Positions 1 to 10,474 of a DNA stretch of 64,000 nucleotides are shown one piece after another. Each line of letters starts with the position of its first letter. The first letter of the stretch is position 1. The notes beneath the pieces were generated by a model, which had not been told where the DNA came from, did no database searches, and was given only the letters and a program-made list of their open reading frames with translations. Origin of the DNA: a bacterium (GTDB lineage: Bacteria; Electryoneota; Electryoneia; Electryoneales; Electryoneaceae); NCBI GenBank assembly GCA_963669175.1, contig OY769902.1, forward strand, positions 2,976,001 to 3,040,000, given 5' to 3'. The position numbers and the translations under genes are program-made.

Positions 1-1
1 T

Positions 2-145
2 CATGACGATTGCGGCCCTTCCAATCCTTGTCCGCTGTACGAGGAATGGCATATAATCCTCAAGAAGTTGGAGGATTTCTTGAATGAGACGACTCTTCAG
101 CATTTTAAAGAGTTCGAAGAACAGCGTGGAAAGAGCCTGATCTAG
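2..145 (+). CDS. Rrf2-family transcriptional regulator, C-terminal part (partial at window edge)
   Basis: Hand translation from base 2: HDDCGPSNPCPLYEEWHIILKKLEDFLNETTLQHF...LI*; C-x5-CPL-x3-W...TTL is typical of Rrf2 C-termini. Confidence 0.65.
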   Translation, partial: HDDCGPSNPCPLYEEWHIILKKLEDFLNETTLQHFKEFEEQRGKSLI

Positions 146-443
146 CATCGCCGGTTTGACCTTATTGAGTTTATTTCAGCTACCGTCCTGGTAGCTTTTT
201 TTTTACAGCCAAGTATGGCGTGTCTACCTGTATGATAGCCCCATTTTTGTCAATGGAGACAGGGGAGATTGGGATAAACTTTTTTTCGAAAATTTTTAAA
301 TTCGCTTCCACTATTGAAATGAATCTTACTAGTTTAATAGACTTCCTCGACTTTGGGCGCAATTCTGTGTCAAGGTTACGAGATCGGTGTTCATCGTGAC
401 AAAGCCCGTATGATTTTGCTACGGTTCACTAGACGGAGGTTCG

Positions 444-3400
444 ATGATGAGAAGGTGTATTTCTGCGTTTGTGCTTGCCTTTTTACTTTCCTGCTATCTT
501 CATGCTGCGCCAGCGCCTGTTGACCAGCTTTCAGCACAGCAGGCATTACCCATGCAAGTAGAGCAGCATGTTCTTGCAGAAGATCATGTGCAGCTTGGAT
601 TGCGACTGGTCAATGATGGCTGGTATTCAGCAGGTAGTCTGGGTGAAGAAGTAGAAATGATAGCGTTTCCATTGGCTGGCGCTACCTCGGAAATTGGTAA
701 ACCAGCGGTGCCGGTTATGGGGCGTATGTTTCGTGTTCCCCCCAGAGCCGGGATTGTGATGGAAGTGCTTAGTGCCGAATACGAAACATATACCGATGTC
801 GAATACGCAACCTTCATGGGGTATGAACTGGATGAGCCCTTTGCGCCCTGTGATAATCCGGTTGACGAGTGGTATCCCGGCACGATCGCCCAGGTTGGTG
901 ATCCTGCCGTATTCCATGATTTCCGCGTATCAAACCTGGTGACCTACCCCGTACAGGTAAACACTGCACGTCGGGAAGTACGAGTTTATTCCAATATTGA
1001 AGTGGATATCCGTTATGAAGGTGTTGATGATAGAAACACAATCCCTAATTGGCCTACAGAGATCAGTGAAGCTTTCCTGCCTGCCTATCGTTTGTTGATG
1101 GACTGGGATGATGACGAATTGGATGAATATATCCTGTATCGTGGTCATGTGCAGGTGGTTATGCGTGATGACGATGTGTTGTGGGCTGCCCTAGGGGATT
1201 GGCTTGAGTGGAAACGTCAGCGAGGATGGGTGCTGGATTTCCTCACCGATGAAGATGTCCCTTCCTGGACCTCATACAATATCGACAATGAGCTGGAAGA
1301 CCGTTACGAGACTGCCAGTCCGAAGTTTGACTATGTTGCCATTATCGGTGACGAGTCCGGCTCCTTTTCGGTTCCCCCCGGTGTGGGAGGATATGGTGGA
1401 GGTGACCAGATCTATTCCGAGCTTGCAGGTGATGATATACTGGCAGATGTCGGCGTCGGACGAATCTCGGTAGAAAATGTACAGCAGTTAAACAACTATG
1501 TTGCCAAGATTTTTAACTATGAGCGCACACCTTACATGGAAGATACCGCCTGGTATCTGCGTGGAATGGTAAATCGTTCAGATGGTTGTTCCGGTGTAAG
1601 TAAGATCATGTCGCTCCGGTATTACCGTCATGCCTTGTTTGATTTGGGATACACGCAAGTTGATACATCTTTTGGCATTGGGAACTCAATTGCTATAACT
1701 CGTATCAATAATGGTGTCAGTTTCTATGGTGCGCGAGGGGTTCAGGGCACCGGCCTTCAGATCGGAAACATCAATAGCCTCAGTAATGACTACATGACCC
1801 CAGTTGTGATCGATGTGACCTGTGGAACCGGTAACTGGTGCAACGAAACCAGCATCAGTGAGGCCTATATGCGGGCAGGGACTGCGGCAGTGCCGACCGG
1901 TGGTATTTGCGGGATGTCTATGGCGACTTCTGCAACGCAACCGGATTTCAACAACTGCCTGACGGGTGGTTCCGGTTGGGCGATGCTGCAGCTTGGCATG
2001 CCTGCACTTGGTGACATGATTCTAATGGGCAAGGTCAACGGCTTTAACAACTACTACGGCAATAATACGTCTCAGCTTGAAGACTTCATGCAATGGTATA
2101 ACCTGATGGGAGATCCGACTGTGTATACCTGGGTCGGTATCCCGCAGGAATTGACGGTGGATGTGGTCGAAGAGCTTGAACTTGGCGAAAACCATATCAG
2201 CGTTGAGGTGGTCGATGAGTCTGGCCCGGTTGCTGATGCGCTGGTAACTTTCTACAAATACAGTAATGGCGAAGAGATTCAAGTTATCAATTTGACGGAT
2301 GAAGAAGGTTGTGTCACGCTTGATGCGCCCGTTCGTGAATCCGGTGAAGCGATGCTGACAGTCATCAAACGTCATTATGCCCCTGTTCAGGTTGAAATCG
2401 ACGTGAATGATCCGACCGCGCGAGTTGGGTGGGTTGAGGTCAGTTACGTTGATAATGGAGTCGGTGGCACGGATGGCGATGGTGACGGTGTTCCTGAAGC
2501 AGGGGAAACTGTCGGCCTGGAGATGACACTGAAAAACTATGGGACGAGCGCTGCTGCAAGTATTGAAGTCACGGCTGAGGAATCCGAAGAATGGATTACG
2601 GATTTGTCCGGAAGTATTGTTCTGGGCAGTCTCAATCCTGATGCCCAGTCGCAAGGTAATGGTATGATTATTGTCGAAATAGACCCGGAAGCTCAACAGG
2701 ATTTTATCCTTCACCTGGATCTTACGGTTTCGACATCCCAGGGGGATTATACGGACGGTTATTCTATCGTTGTGCAAGCGCCTTCGTATGCGTTTGTGAA
2801 CATGGATATGACCGGTGCATTCAATCCTGGAAATACACGTGAAGTTGAGATTGAAATCCGAAACATAGGTGGAGGTGATGCTGCAGCGTCGGAAGCCTGG
2901 TTGTTCAGCAACGATCCCTTTGTCAGAATAGAGCAAGGTGGTGATGATCTGGCAGCTATGGGAGTTGATCAGACAGCAACAGGAACATTTTCCATTCGGG
3001 CGCATGAGGATGCTATTCCGGGATATGTCGGCTGGTTCTACATGCAAGTCACAACCAGTGAAGGACAGGTTGACACGGTAGGAATTCCGGTTCAGATCGG
3101 AACAAAAAGCTCTACTGATCCCAATGGGCCTGATAACTATGGTTACTTCGCGTTTGATAATACAGACACGGGGTATCAGAATTTTGTGCCGTCCTATAAT
3201 TGGATTGAGATCAATCCTGAAGCCCAGAATACGGACTACCAGGGGGAATCGCTTGATCTTACCGATACCGCCGAAAACTATGATGTAGGTGTCACCATTG
3301 ACCTGCCTTTCGATGTGCAGTATTACGGTGAGGTTTTTGAAGAGATATCTGTATCTACCAATGGGTACGCTTCTTTCGGACGTAATGCAGATGTCTCGCT

Positions 3401-5492
3401 TGCACGAAACTGGACAATTCCCAGCCCGCTTGGACCGAACGATATGCTGGCCGTCTATTGGGACGAGTTGAGAACCGCTGCAGGAAGTGATATCCTCTAT
3501 TATTACGACGAGGATAATGGTCGCTTCATCATTGAATGGTACGATATGCGGCATCATTATTCGCAGTACAGTTGTACCTTTGAAGTGATTATCTACGATC
3601 AGGATGTCGTGCCAACGTGGTCTGGTGACAACGATATCCTGTTCCAGTATCATGATGTCCAGCATTCAACCGGTGGTATGCAGTACGATGTTCCCTTCTG
3701 GACAACAGGCATTGAAAACCACACCCAGGATGATGGAATCCTGATCTCCTACTGGAATCAGTATACAGCAGGATCAGCGACGATCGAGGATGAACGTGCG
3801 ATTCTGTTTACCACGAATATCCCCCTCATTGTAGGCTACATTGAAGGGACTATTACGGCGGCCGATCTGGAAACACCGATTGAGAATGCATGGATCGGTA
3901 CACCAAACCATCTTTTCGAAACCGTGACAGACGCCGATGGCCATTTCTTCATTGACAATGTCATGACCGGACCAGTCTCCTTCGATATTGAAGCAGATTG
4001 CTTTAACAGTCGGTACAACCTGGTGCTTACCGTTACAGAGAACGAAACCCTGCATGTCGATTTCCAGTTGAACCACCCGGAATTTATGGTGACACCACTC
4101 GCCGTTGGGGATACGCTGGAAGAGAATCAGGAATCGACACACTCTGTATGGGTACACAATCCCGGTAATGGTGTCATGAACTGGGAAGCGCATTTTGACT
4201 TCGAACCCGATGCTGAAGTAGCAGGTAATCCTGGCAAGGGAGCTGGTCAGGAGAAGTCAGCGCTGGATGAACTTGATGAACCATGGGACCAGGTTTACCA
4301 CTTTGATCTGGATGACAGTGAGGCCCTCTACCGGGGGATTGAGTTTGACGGAGTATTTTTCTGGTTGACCGGGTCGAACAACTATGATGTGACCGGTCCC
4401 AACCTGTTGTATAAATACACACGGGATGGTGATTACGTTGCCACCTATGATCAACCTGTTCCTGCGGCTGATCGTTCTTCCCAGGGTATGTTCGGGTTGG
4501 AATGGGATGGAGAATATATGTATGGTGCAGATAACGGTATCCTGTACCAGATGCAGTTTAATACGCAAGCGAATGAGTGGGAGGTTGTAAGTTCCTTTGA
4601 AATTCCGGCGAACCCTTCACGCTACATTGTGAAGAATCCTGAGACTGGTGAGTTCTTTATTGGTGACTACGGTATCGAGATCAGGGTTGTGCATCCTGAC
4701 AGTACCGGGACACTTCGCCAGATCGGGCAGGACTATGCACCACGTGGCGCTGCATGGTACCCGGAAGATCCGGACGGCTATAACCTGTATTTCATCGCTA
4801 TGAACAATGGTGATGATTACGGTCATATCATCAAAATGCATCCGCAAACGGGTGACACCATGAATGTCGCGCAGTTTGAGTACGATGGCGGCATTCCCAG
4901 TGGGGCGTGCATGAGTTATCTGTGGAATCCGCAGATCTGGATGTTTGCCAGTATGATGGACGCCGGTCAACAAGATTATGTACAGTTGTGGGAAGTGGAT
5001 CAATTCGACGCGTGGATTCACATTATGACCACAGAAGGGACGCTTGCGCCAGGTGATTCCCAGGAAGTCGAACTGCAACTGACACCGCAAAGCCTTCCGC
5101 CTGATGTCTATGATATTTACATACGTTTCGACCACGATGCCTGTATCGCTGAAGATAACTTTGTGCATGTGGTTCTTGAGGTGCTTGGAGGAGATGTTAA
5201 AGAAGATCCCGCAAGTGAAGCGCAACCGGTTGAGTGGGTGTTTGAGGGAGCCTATCCCAATCCGTTCAATCCTTCTACTACAGTCAGCTATTCACTGAAA
5301 CGGGCAACAGATGTACGGTTGAGCGTGTACAACCTGCTTGGTCAGGAAGTGGCGCGACTGGTGGATCAACCCATGCAGGCGGGCCAACACCGGTTGATTT
5401 TTGACGGGTCCAACCTGGCCAGCGGTATCTACTTCCTGCATCTGAACGCGGGACCGTTACAGGAGACACGCAAGATCATTCTGATGAAGTAA
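444..5492 (+). CDS. Gingipain-like (C25) multidomain secreted protein with T9SS-type C-terminal domain
   Basis: 1682 aa; signal peptide, C25 propeptide (GKPAVP, VTYPVQ), IIGD, VGRIS, VTCGTG, YNLMGDP, Ig-like domains, beta-propeller, YPNPFNP...KIILMK; RBS GGAGG. Confidence 0.85.
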   Translation: MMRRCISAFVLAFLLSCYLHAAPAPVDQLSAQQALPMQVEQHVLAEDHVQLGLRLVNDGWYSAGSLGEEVEMIAFPLAGATSEIGKPAVPVMGRMFRVPPRAGIVMEVLSAEYETYTDVEYATFMGYELDEPFAPCDNPVDEWYPGTIAQVGDPAVFHDFRVSNLVTYPVQVNTARREVRVYSNIEVDIRYEGVDDRNTIPNWPTEISEAFLPAYRLLMDWDDDELDEYILYRGHVQVVMRDDDVLWAALGDWLEWKRQRGWVLDFLTDEDVPSWTSYNIDNELEDRYETASPKFDYVAIIGDESGSFSVPPGVGGYGGGDQIYSELAGDDILADVGVGRISVENVQQLNNYVAKIFNYERTPYMEDTAWYLRGMVNRSDGCSGVSKIMSLRYYRHALFDLGYTQVDTSFGIGNSIAITRINNGVSFYGARGVQGTGLQIGNINSLSNDYMTPVVIDVTCGTGNWCNETSISEAYMRAGTAAVPTGGICGMSMATSATQPDFNNCLTGGSGWAMLQLGMPALGDMILMGKVNGFNNYYGNNTSQLEDFMQWYNLMGDPTVYTWVGIPQELTVDVVEELELGENHISVEVVDESGPVADALVTFYKYSNGEEIQVINLTDEEGCVTLDAPVRESGEAMLTVIKRHYAPVQVEIDVNDPTARVGWVEVSYVDNGVGGTDGDGDGVPEAGETVGLEMTLKNYGTSAAASIEVTAEESEEWITDLSGSIVLGSLNPDAQSQGNGMIIVEIDPEAQQDFILHLDLTVSTSQGDYTDGYSIVVQAPSYAFVNMDMTGAFNPGNTREVEIEIRNIGGGDAAASEAWLFSNDPFVRIEQGGDDLAAMGVDQTATGTFSIRAHEDAIPGYVGWFYMQVTTSEGQVDTVGIPVQIGTKSSTDPNGPDNYGYFAFDNTDTGYQNFVPSYNWIEINPEAQNTDYQGESLDLTDTAENYDVGVTIDLPFDVQYYGEVFEEISVSTNGYASFGRNADVSLARNWTIPSPLGPNDMLAVYWDELRTAAGSDILYYYDEDNGRFIIEWYDMRHHYSQYSCTFEVIIYDQDVVPTWSGDNDILFQYHDVQHSTGGMQYDVPFWTTGIENHTQDDGILISYWNQYTAGSATIEDERAILFTTNIPLIVGYIEGTITAADLETPIENAWIGTPNHLFETVTDADGHFFIDNVMTGPVSFDIEADCFNSRYNLVLTVTENETLHVDFQLNHPEFMVTPLAVGDTLEENQESTHSVWVHNPGNGVMNWEAHFDFEPDAEVAGNPGKGAGQEKSALDELDEPWDQVYHFDLDDSEALYRGIEFDGVFFWLTGSNNYDVTGPNLLYKYTRDGDYVATYDQPVPAADRSSQGMFGLEWDGEYMYGADNGILYQMQFNTQANEWEVVSSFEIPANPSRYIVKNPETGEFFIGDYGIEIRVVHPDSTGTLRQIGQDYAPRGAAWYPEDPDGYNLYFIAMNNGDDYGHIIKMHPQTGDTMNVAQFEYDGGIPSGACMSYLWNPQIWMFASMMDAGQQDYVQLWEVDQFDAWIHIMTTEGTLAPGDSQEVELQLTPQSLPPDVYDIYIRFDHDACIAEDNFVHVVLEVLGGDVKEDPASEAQPVEWVFEGAYPNPFNPSTTVSYSLKRATDVRLSVYNLLGQEVARLVDQPMQAGQHRLIFDGSNLASGIYFLHLNAGPLQETRKIILMK

Positions 5493-5531
5493 AGATAGCT
5501 TCAGGAGATATCCTGTATAAGATATAAACGT

Positions 5532-5567
5532 AACCGGGGACACACCACCAGGGTGTGTCCCCGGTTT
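5532..5567. terminator. Bidirectional intrinsic terminator
   Basis: AACCGGGGACACACC / GGTGTGTCCCCGGTT perfect stem between convergent genes. Confidence 0.75.
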
Positions 5568-5570
5568 CGT

Positions 5571-6194
5571 TCATGAAAGTTCCTCGGAAAGAGAAGAGTG
5601 TAAAACAATCGCAAGATCATGCGCAGATGAGAAGCTGGATACTTCTTCGAGCCCAATCAGAAAATCACGATGCGAACGTCCCTGCCGGTATTCGGGCTCG
5701 CGGGGCGGGTGCTGAAGGTAACGGTCGATCTTACTGAAATCCGGGGATACCAGGATGGAAGCCGTGAAGAAAACCCAATTCTTGGGACGGTACAAACTGG
5801 TGCCTGAGAACTTTCTATTTCCAACCACGAGATCACTGATGCCGTTCTGACTGACATTCTCGATTCCCGTTTTTGTCAAACCAGCCTGCAACCAGTCCAG
5901 CATATGGTTGAAATGCAGCTTGATATCACCGACACCTTCTGCCTTCGCGACTGCCGACACAACAATATTTCCTGGATCCAAAACAACAGTGCCGCCTCCG
6001 CCACGACGTCGCAATACAGGAATACCGTCCGCCTCACAGGTGTCAAGATTCAGTTCACGTTCTATTTTGCCACCACGCCCCAGCACGATTGCGGTAGTGG
6101 GGAAAGGATAGACCTTGAATTGGAAAGAGACACCTTGAGCTCCCGCTTCAAGGAGATCATCATCGTAGGAGTATTCAGCTACGTCTATCGGCAT
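5571..6194 (-). CDS. Lipoate-protein ligase family protein (short, catalytic domain only)
   Basis: LRRRGGGGTVVLDPG, DLVVGNRKFSG; lies downstream of lpdA. Confidence 0.85.
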   Translation of the reverse strand: MPIDVAEYSYDDDLLEAGAQGVSFQFKVYPFPTTAIVLGRGGKIERELNLDTCEADGIPVLRRRGGGGTVVLDPGNIVVSAVAKAEGVGDIKLHFNHMLDWLQAGLTKTGIENVSQNGISDLVVGNRKFSGTSLYRPKNWVFFTASILVSPDFSKIDRYLQHPPREPEYRQGRSHRDFLIGLEEVSSFSSAHDLAIVLHSSLSEELS

Positions 6195-6283
6195 GGTTCA
6201 CTTGTCCGGTTGTTGGTTGTTGGGACAGGCTCTTCGTGGGAATGAATACCACGTACTCATGAAATATCCGGGCTCAATCCGCA

Positions 6284-6530
6284 GGAAAATCGGGACTGCT
6301 ACATTTTTCTGCCAGAGACATTTTCTGAACATAAGGGTAATGACGGGTGAACAGATGAATACTGGCCTTAAAGTGCAAATAATAGCAGAAAAGGTAGCTG
6401 TCCCAGGATTTTCGACTGATCTCCAAACAACATACTGGCGAAAAATCTGGTACAGCTACCTTTTCCGAAAATCTTGCTTTAAAGTCCTGATTTAACAAAG
6501 ATGAAAAGGTAGCAGTCCCATTTTTCGCCG
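6284..6530. repeat. REP-like cassette, family A (4 units forming two inverted dyads)
   Basis: AAAATCGGGACTGCTACATTTTT, AAAAGGTAGCTGTCCC, GGCGAAAAATCTGGTACAGCTACCTTTT, AAAAGGTAGCAGTCCCATTTTTCGCC; same architecture reversed at 44338-44581. Confidence 0.8.
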
Positions 6531-6579
6531 CCACTTTATCATCACGGAAACGCAAGGAGTATCGAAAAAACTATTATCC

Positions 6580-6624
6580 TGTCATCCCGAAAAGCTGTTG
6601 TTTAGGTTGCCCGGGATCTACTCC
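6580..6624 (+). repeat. REP-like palindrome, family B (GTCATCCC...GGGATCTACTCC)
   Basis: Near-identical to 13173-13219; related to 18842-18942. Confidence 0.7.
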
Positions 6625-6637
6625 TCTGTGTTCCTTG

Positions 6638-8053
6638 CTACTTCTTCTTCCTGGGAAGAATATGTACCGGTTCACCTGCCGCCACTTCCGCCGCTTCCAT
6701 GATCGATTCCGACATGGTGGGGTGGGGATGGATGCTGACGATTAAATCTTCCAGAGTCGCGCCCATTTCGATAGCTACGGTGCCCTCGGCAATCAGTTCA
6801 GAAGCATGAGGACCAACGATCCCGACACCCAGAACCAGGTTCGTTTCCGGATCGGCCAGTATCTTTACAAATCCTTCCGTTCGTCCGATTGTTCGGGCAC
6901 GGCCAAGGGCTGTCAACGGGAAGCGTCCGATGTTGACCTTAATATCTTTTTCTTCCGCTTCACGTTCGGTAAGGCCCACCCAGGCAATTTCCGGATCAGT
7001 AAAGATCACTGCGGGAACCGCACGGTTGTCGAACGCTGATGGATGGTCCGCGATGACTTCTGCCGCAACCTTACCCTCACGACTGGCCTTGTGTGCCAGT
7101 GCAGGACCATAGGTGATATCACCGATTGCGAAAATATGCGGCACATTGGTACGGCACTGTTCATCGGTTGGGATGAAGCCGCGTTCGTCGAGATTGACGC
7201 CCGCTTTGTCAATCCAGAGCTTGTCCGTGTTGGGACGACGTCCCACAGCGACGAATACCTGGTTGACTTCACGGGTCAATACTTCATCACCATGTTCGAT
7301 ATCCACCTGGTAGCCGTTGTCGGATTTGCGTACATCGACCACCTTGGACTCGACCAGCACCTCTTCGAATTTCTCTTCGCAGTGCTTCACTACCACGTTG
7401 ACCAGGTCGTGATCCGCGCCCAGCAGCAGACGTGGGGCGAATTCGACCATATGAACCTTGGAACCCAGCCCGGCATACACCAAGCCCAATTCCATGCCTA
7501 TGTATCCACCACCCACTACCAGCAGGCTTTCCGGAATCTCCGGGATGTTTACGGCTGTTTCACTGTCCCACAAGGGAAGGTCATAGTCGCCGGGCAACTC
7601 GTTAATCCGCGAGCCGGTTGCGATGATGCAGTGCTTGAACTCGACATGAGTATTCGCGCCTTCCACATTCACCAGATTCGGGCTCTCGAAATGAGCGTGG
7701 CCAGTGATAATGTCCACACCGCGCTTGGTCAACAGTGTATCAATACCACCTGTAAGTGAGGTGACGACATTTCCGGTATACTCACGCAACTTGTCCAGGT
7801 CGATTTCCGGTTTCTGGAAAGTCAGACCCATTTTATGACCATGAGAAGCTTCTTCAATCACTTCTACCGCATGGATCAGGGTTTTCGATGGGATACAGCC
7901 TTCAATCAGGCAGACACCACCAAGTTTGTCTCGTTCTTCAATCAGGGTAACATTCAGCCCCAGGTCCGCTGCACGTATGGCAGCCACATAGCCCCCCGGG
8001 CCTCCGCCTATGACCAGTACATCGGTCTCCAGCGTCATTTCGCCCACTACCAT
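6638..8053 (-). CDS. lpdA: Dihydrolipoyl dehydrogenase (E3)
   Basis: GGGPGG, GGVCLIEGCIP disulfide motif, HPHPTMSE. Confidence 0.96.
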   Translation of the reverse strand: MVVGEMTLETDVLVIGGGPGGYVAAIRAADLGLNVTLIEERDKLGGVCLIEGCIPSKTLIHAVEVIEEASHGHKMGLTFQKPEIDLDKLREYTGNVVTSLTGGIDTLLTKRGVDIITGHAHFESPNLVNVEGANTHVEFKHCIIATGSRINELPGDYDLPLWDSETAVNIPEIPESLLVVGGGYIGMELGLVYAGLGSKVHMVEFAPRLLLGADHDLVNVVVKHCEEKFEEVLVESKVVDVRKSDNGYQVDIEHGDEVLTREVNQVFVAVGRRPNTDKLWIDKAGVNLDERGFIPTDEQCRTNVPHIFAIGDITYGPALAHKASREGKVAAEVIADHPSAFDNRAVPAVIFTDPEIAWVGLTEREAEEKDIKVNIGRFPLTALGRARTIGRTEGFVKILADPETNLVLGVGIVGPHASELIAEGTVAIEMGATLEDLIVSIHPHPTMSESIMEAAEVAAGEPVHILPRKKK

Positions 8054-8128
8054 GGTTTTATCTCCTCATCAAGTAAGCTCGTATCTGAAGCGCGCAATGT
8101 AGCGTCGCTATAATATTCTTTCGCTATG

Positions 8129-9478
8129 TTACACACTCAGCAGCAACTTCGTCGGGTTTTCCAGCATCTTGATCAGCTCGGTGACCATGTATGCCGCCTG
8201 GGCGCCGTCCGCGATACGGTGATCGAATGCCAGTGTCAAGGGCAGCATCTTCCGAATGACGATTTCACCGTCACGCACCACCGGCTTCTCCTGCACACGT
8301 CCCATGCCCAGAATTGCCACTTCCGGGTAATTGATCGTGGGGATCAACCCGGTGCCGCCGATCGGGCCGACGTTGGTGATAGAGATGGTGCCGTGCTGGA
8401 TATCCTGCGGTTCAATGTTGCCTTCACGCGCCCTGGTTGCGAGTTCGATAATTTCCTGGGAAATCTCAACGATACTCTTGTTGTTGGTATCCTTGACTAC
8501 CGGGACCATCAGGCCGCGAGGTGTATCCGCCGCGAAGCCGATGTTATAGAACTTCTTGTAAATGATCTCTTCACGGAAGGGATCAAGACTGGCGTTGAAC
8601 TGCGGGTACTTGCGCAGCATGGCCGTAAGCGCCTTCATCATGAAAGGCAGCAGGGTCAGACGCACGCCGGAGCCGTCCTGTTCGGCGGCTTTCTTTTCCG
8701 CGATACGAAGCTTCTCCAGCTCGGTCACATCCGCTTCATCCATATGTGCTACATGCGGCACGACTACCATCGAGGTGACCATCTTCTTCGCCACCTTGCG
8801 ACGAATGCTGCGGAACTGTTCGATCTCGACCGGTCCCTGCTGCGAGAAGTCGGGCAGGTCTTCCAGCTCGAGCAGCGGAATTCCGGACTTGGGAATCTCA
8901 ACCGCTTCACGTGGCGCGGCTTTGCTTGCTTGGGAAGCTGCCGGCGCTGTATCTGACGTCGCGACGGGCGCACCGCCATCCGCAAACGCTTGCACGTCTT
9001 CCGTGGTGACACGTCCACCCGGGCCGGTACCCGGAACCTGGTTGATGTCGATCCCCATTTCGCGTGCCAGCCTGCGAGTCGCAGGAGCTGCCGGAACCGG
9101 ACGACCATCCGCATGCTCAACAGCTTTCGCCACAGGTTTCGGCGCGGGCTTGGAAACAGACGCTTCCTGCTTCTTCGGCGCTGCTTCCTGTTTCGGAGCT
9201 TCTTCTTTCTTTTCCGGTGCGGGCAAACTGGCTTCGCCGCCACTGCCATCATCAATGATGACAAACACTTCGCCCACGTTCACCATGTCACCAACCTCGC
9301 CCTTACGATCCACGATCTTCCCGGAACGTGGTGAGGGGATGGTTACGGCTGCTTTATCAGTTTCAACATCGACAAGCGGTTCATCTTCTGTAATCTCACC
9401 GCCCTTGTCCACGTACCACTTCAAAATCTCGCCTTCCTGGATGCCTTCACCCAGGTCGGGCAGTTTAAACTCAAACAC
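8129..9478 (-). CDS. pdhC: Dihydrolipoamide acyltransferase (E2), one lipoyl domain
   Basis: ETDKA lipoyl-Lys, PATRRLARE binding domain, DHRIADG; GTG start. Confidence 0.92.
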   Translation of the reverse strand: MFEFKLPDLGEGIQEGEILKWYVDKGGEITEDEPLVDVETDKAAVTIPSPRSGKIVDRKGEVGDMVNVGEVFVIIDDGSGGEASLPAPEKKEEAPKQEAAPKKQEASVSKPAPKPVAKAVEHADGRPVPAAPATRRLAREMGIDINQVPGTGPGGRVTTEDVQAFADGGAPVATSDTAPAASQASKAAPREAVEIPKSGIPLLELEDLPDFSQQGPVEIEQFRSIRRKVAKKMVTSMVVVPHVAHMDEADVTELEKLRIAEKKAAEQDGSGVRLTLLPFMMKALTAMLRKYPQFNASLDPFREEIIYKKFYNIGFAADTPRGLMVPVVKDTNNKSIVEISQEIIELATRAREGNIEPQDIQHGTISITNVGPIGGTGLIPTINYPEVAILGMGRVQEKPVVRDGEIVIRKMLPLTLAFDHRIADGAQAAYMVTELIKMLENPTKLLLSV

Positions 9479-9493
9479 GATACCCTCCCGTGA

Positions 9494-10474
9494 TTAAAAG
9501 TCCAGGGTTTCTTCGATTGCACGGCGAATACGACCGGCGCTTGGAATGTAAGCCTTTTCACGTCCGAACAGCGGCATCATCATGTCATACATGGTGACAC
9601 GCTTGACCGGGGCTTCCAGGTACATCAGCGCTTTATCGTTGATCTCCGCGATGATTTCCGATGCCGGACCCAGTGTCTTCTGTGCTTCCTGGACAATCAC
9701 ACAACGGCCGGTTTTGGTTACCGATTCACGAATGGTTTTACGGTCCATCGGGTGAATCGTGAGCAAGTCTACCAGTTCAATGCTGACACCGCGTTCCTTC
9801 GCGATCTGCTCCACCACCTTTTCCGTGGCATGGAACATGGCGCCCCAGGAAATCACGGTCAGATCCGTACCCTCAGTCACGATCCGCGCTTTGCCCAAAG
9901 GCATGATTTCCTCTTCTTCCGGGACTTCTTCCTTGAAGGCACGGTAGGAATGCTTCGGCTCCATGAAGACAACCGGATCAGGGTCACGCATCGCTGCGAC
10001 CAGCAACGCACGGGCATTACGCGGGGTGGAGGGAATCACCGTCTTCACGCCCGGTGTATGAGCGTAATAGGTTTCCTTGCTCTCGCTGTGATGTTCCAGG
10101 GCACGAACTCCACCGCCGTAGGGCATACGCATAACCATCGGGACAGTAAAGCGGCCGCGTGAACGGTTCCGCATGCGTGAAGCATTGGCCTCAAGCTGGG
10201 GAATGCTGAGATAGCTGAACCCTGAGAATTGCATCTCGATCACGGGTTTCAAACCACCAATCGCCATTCCAATTGCGGTTCCGATGATTCCCGATTCCGC
10301 CAGAGGAGAATCAATTACACGTTCTTCGCCGTATTTTTCAATCAGGCCGTCCGTTACACGGAACACGCCACCATTTACTCCTACATCTTCACCCATCACG
10401 ATAACGGAATTGTCTTTTTCCATCTCCTGGTGAAGGGCAAGATTGATTGCTTGTACCATCGTCATCTTAGGCAT
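9494..10474 (-). CDS. pdhB: 2-oxoacid dehydrogenase E1 beta subunit
   Basis: GEDVGVNGGVFRVT, DSPLAESGIIG, EHHSES; ATG at 10474 overlaps the E1 alpha stop. Confidence 0.93.
   Translation of the reverse strand: MPKMTMVQAINLALHQEMEKDNSVIVMGEDVGVNGGVFRVTDGLIEKYGEERVIDSPLAESGIIGTAIGMAIGGLKPVIEMQFSGFSYLSIPQLEANASRMRNRSRGRFTVPMVMRMPYGGGVRALEHHSESKETYYAHTPGVKTVIPSTPRNARALLVAAMRDPDPVVFMEPKHSYRAFKEEVPEEEEIMPLGKARIVTEGTDLTVISWGAMFHATEKVVEQIAKERGVSIELVDLLTIHPMDRKTIRESVTKTGRCVIVQEAQKTLGPASEIIAEINDKALMYLEAPVKRVTMYDMMMPLFGREKAYIPSAGRIRRAIEETLDF

Noticed and set aside
2022-3665. 547-aa antisense ORF and similar long shadow ORFs (e.g. 8562-9497, 15267-16229, 21895-22776, 62060-62818)
   Set aside because: They overlap well-supported genes on the opposite strand and lack recognisable motifs
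6193-6555. Short ORFs with KVAVP/GTATF/KGTVSF peptides (also near 13000, 17505, 37300)
   Set aside because: Translations of REP family A units, not proteins; the 17505 start extension of the sulfotransferase is likewise spurious
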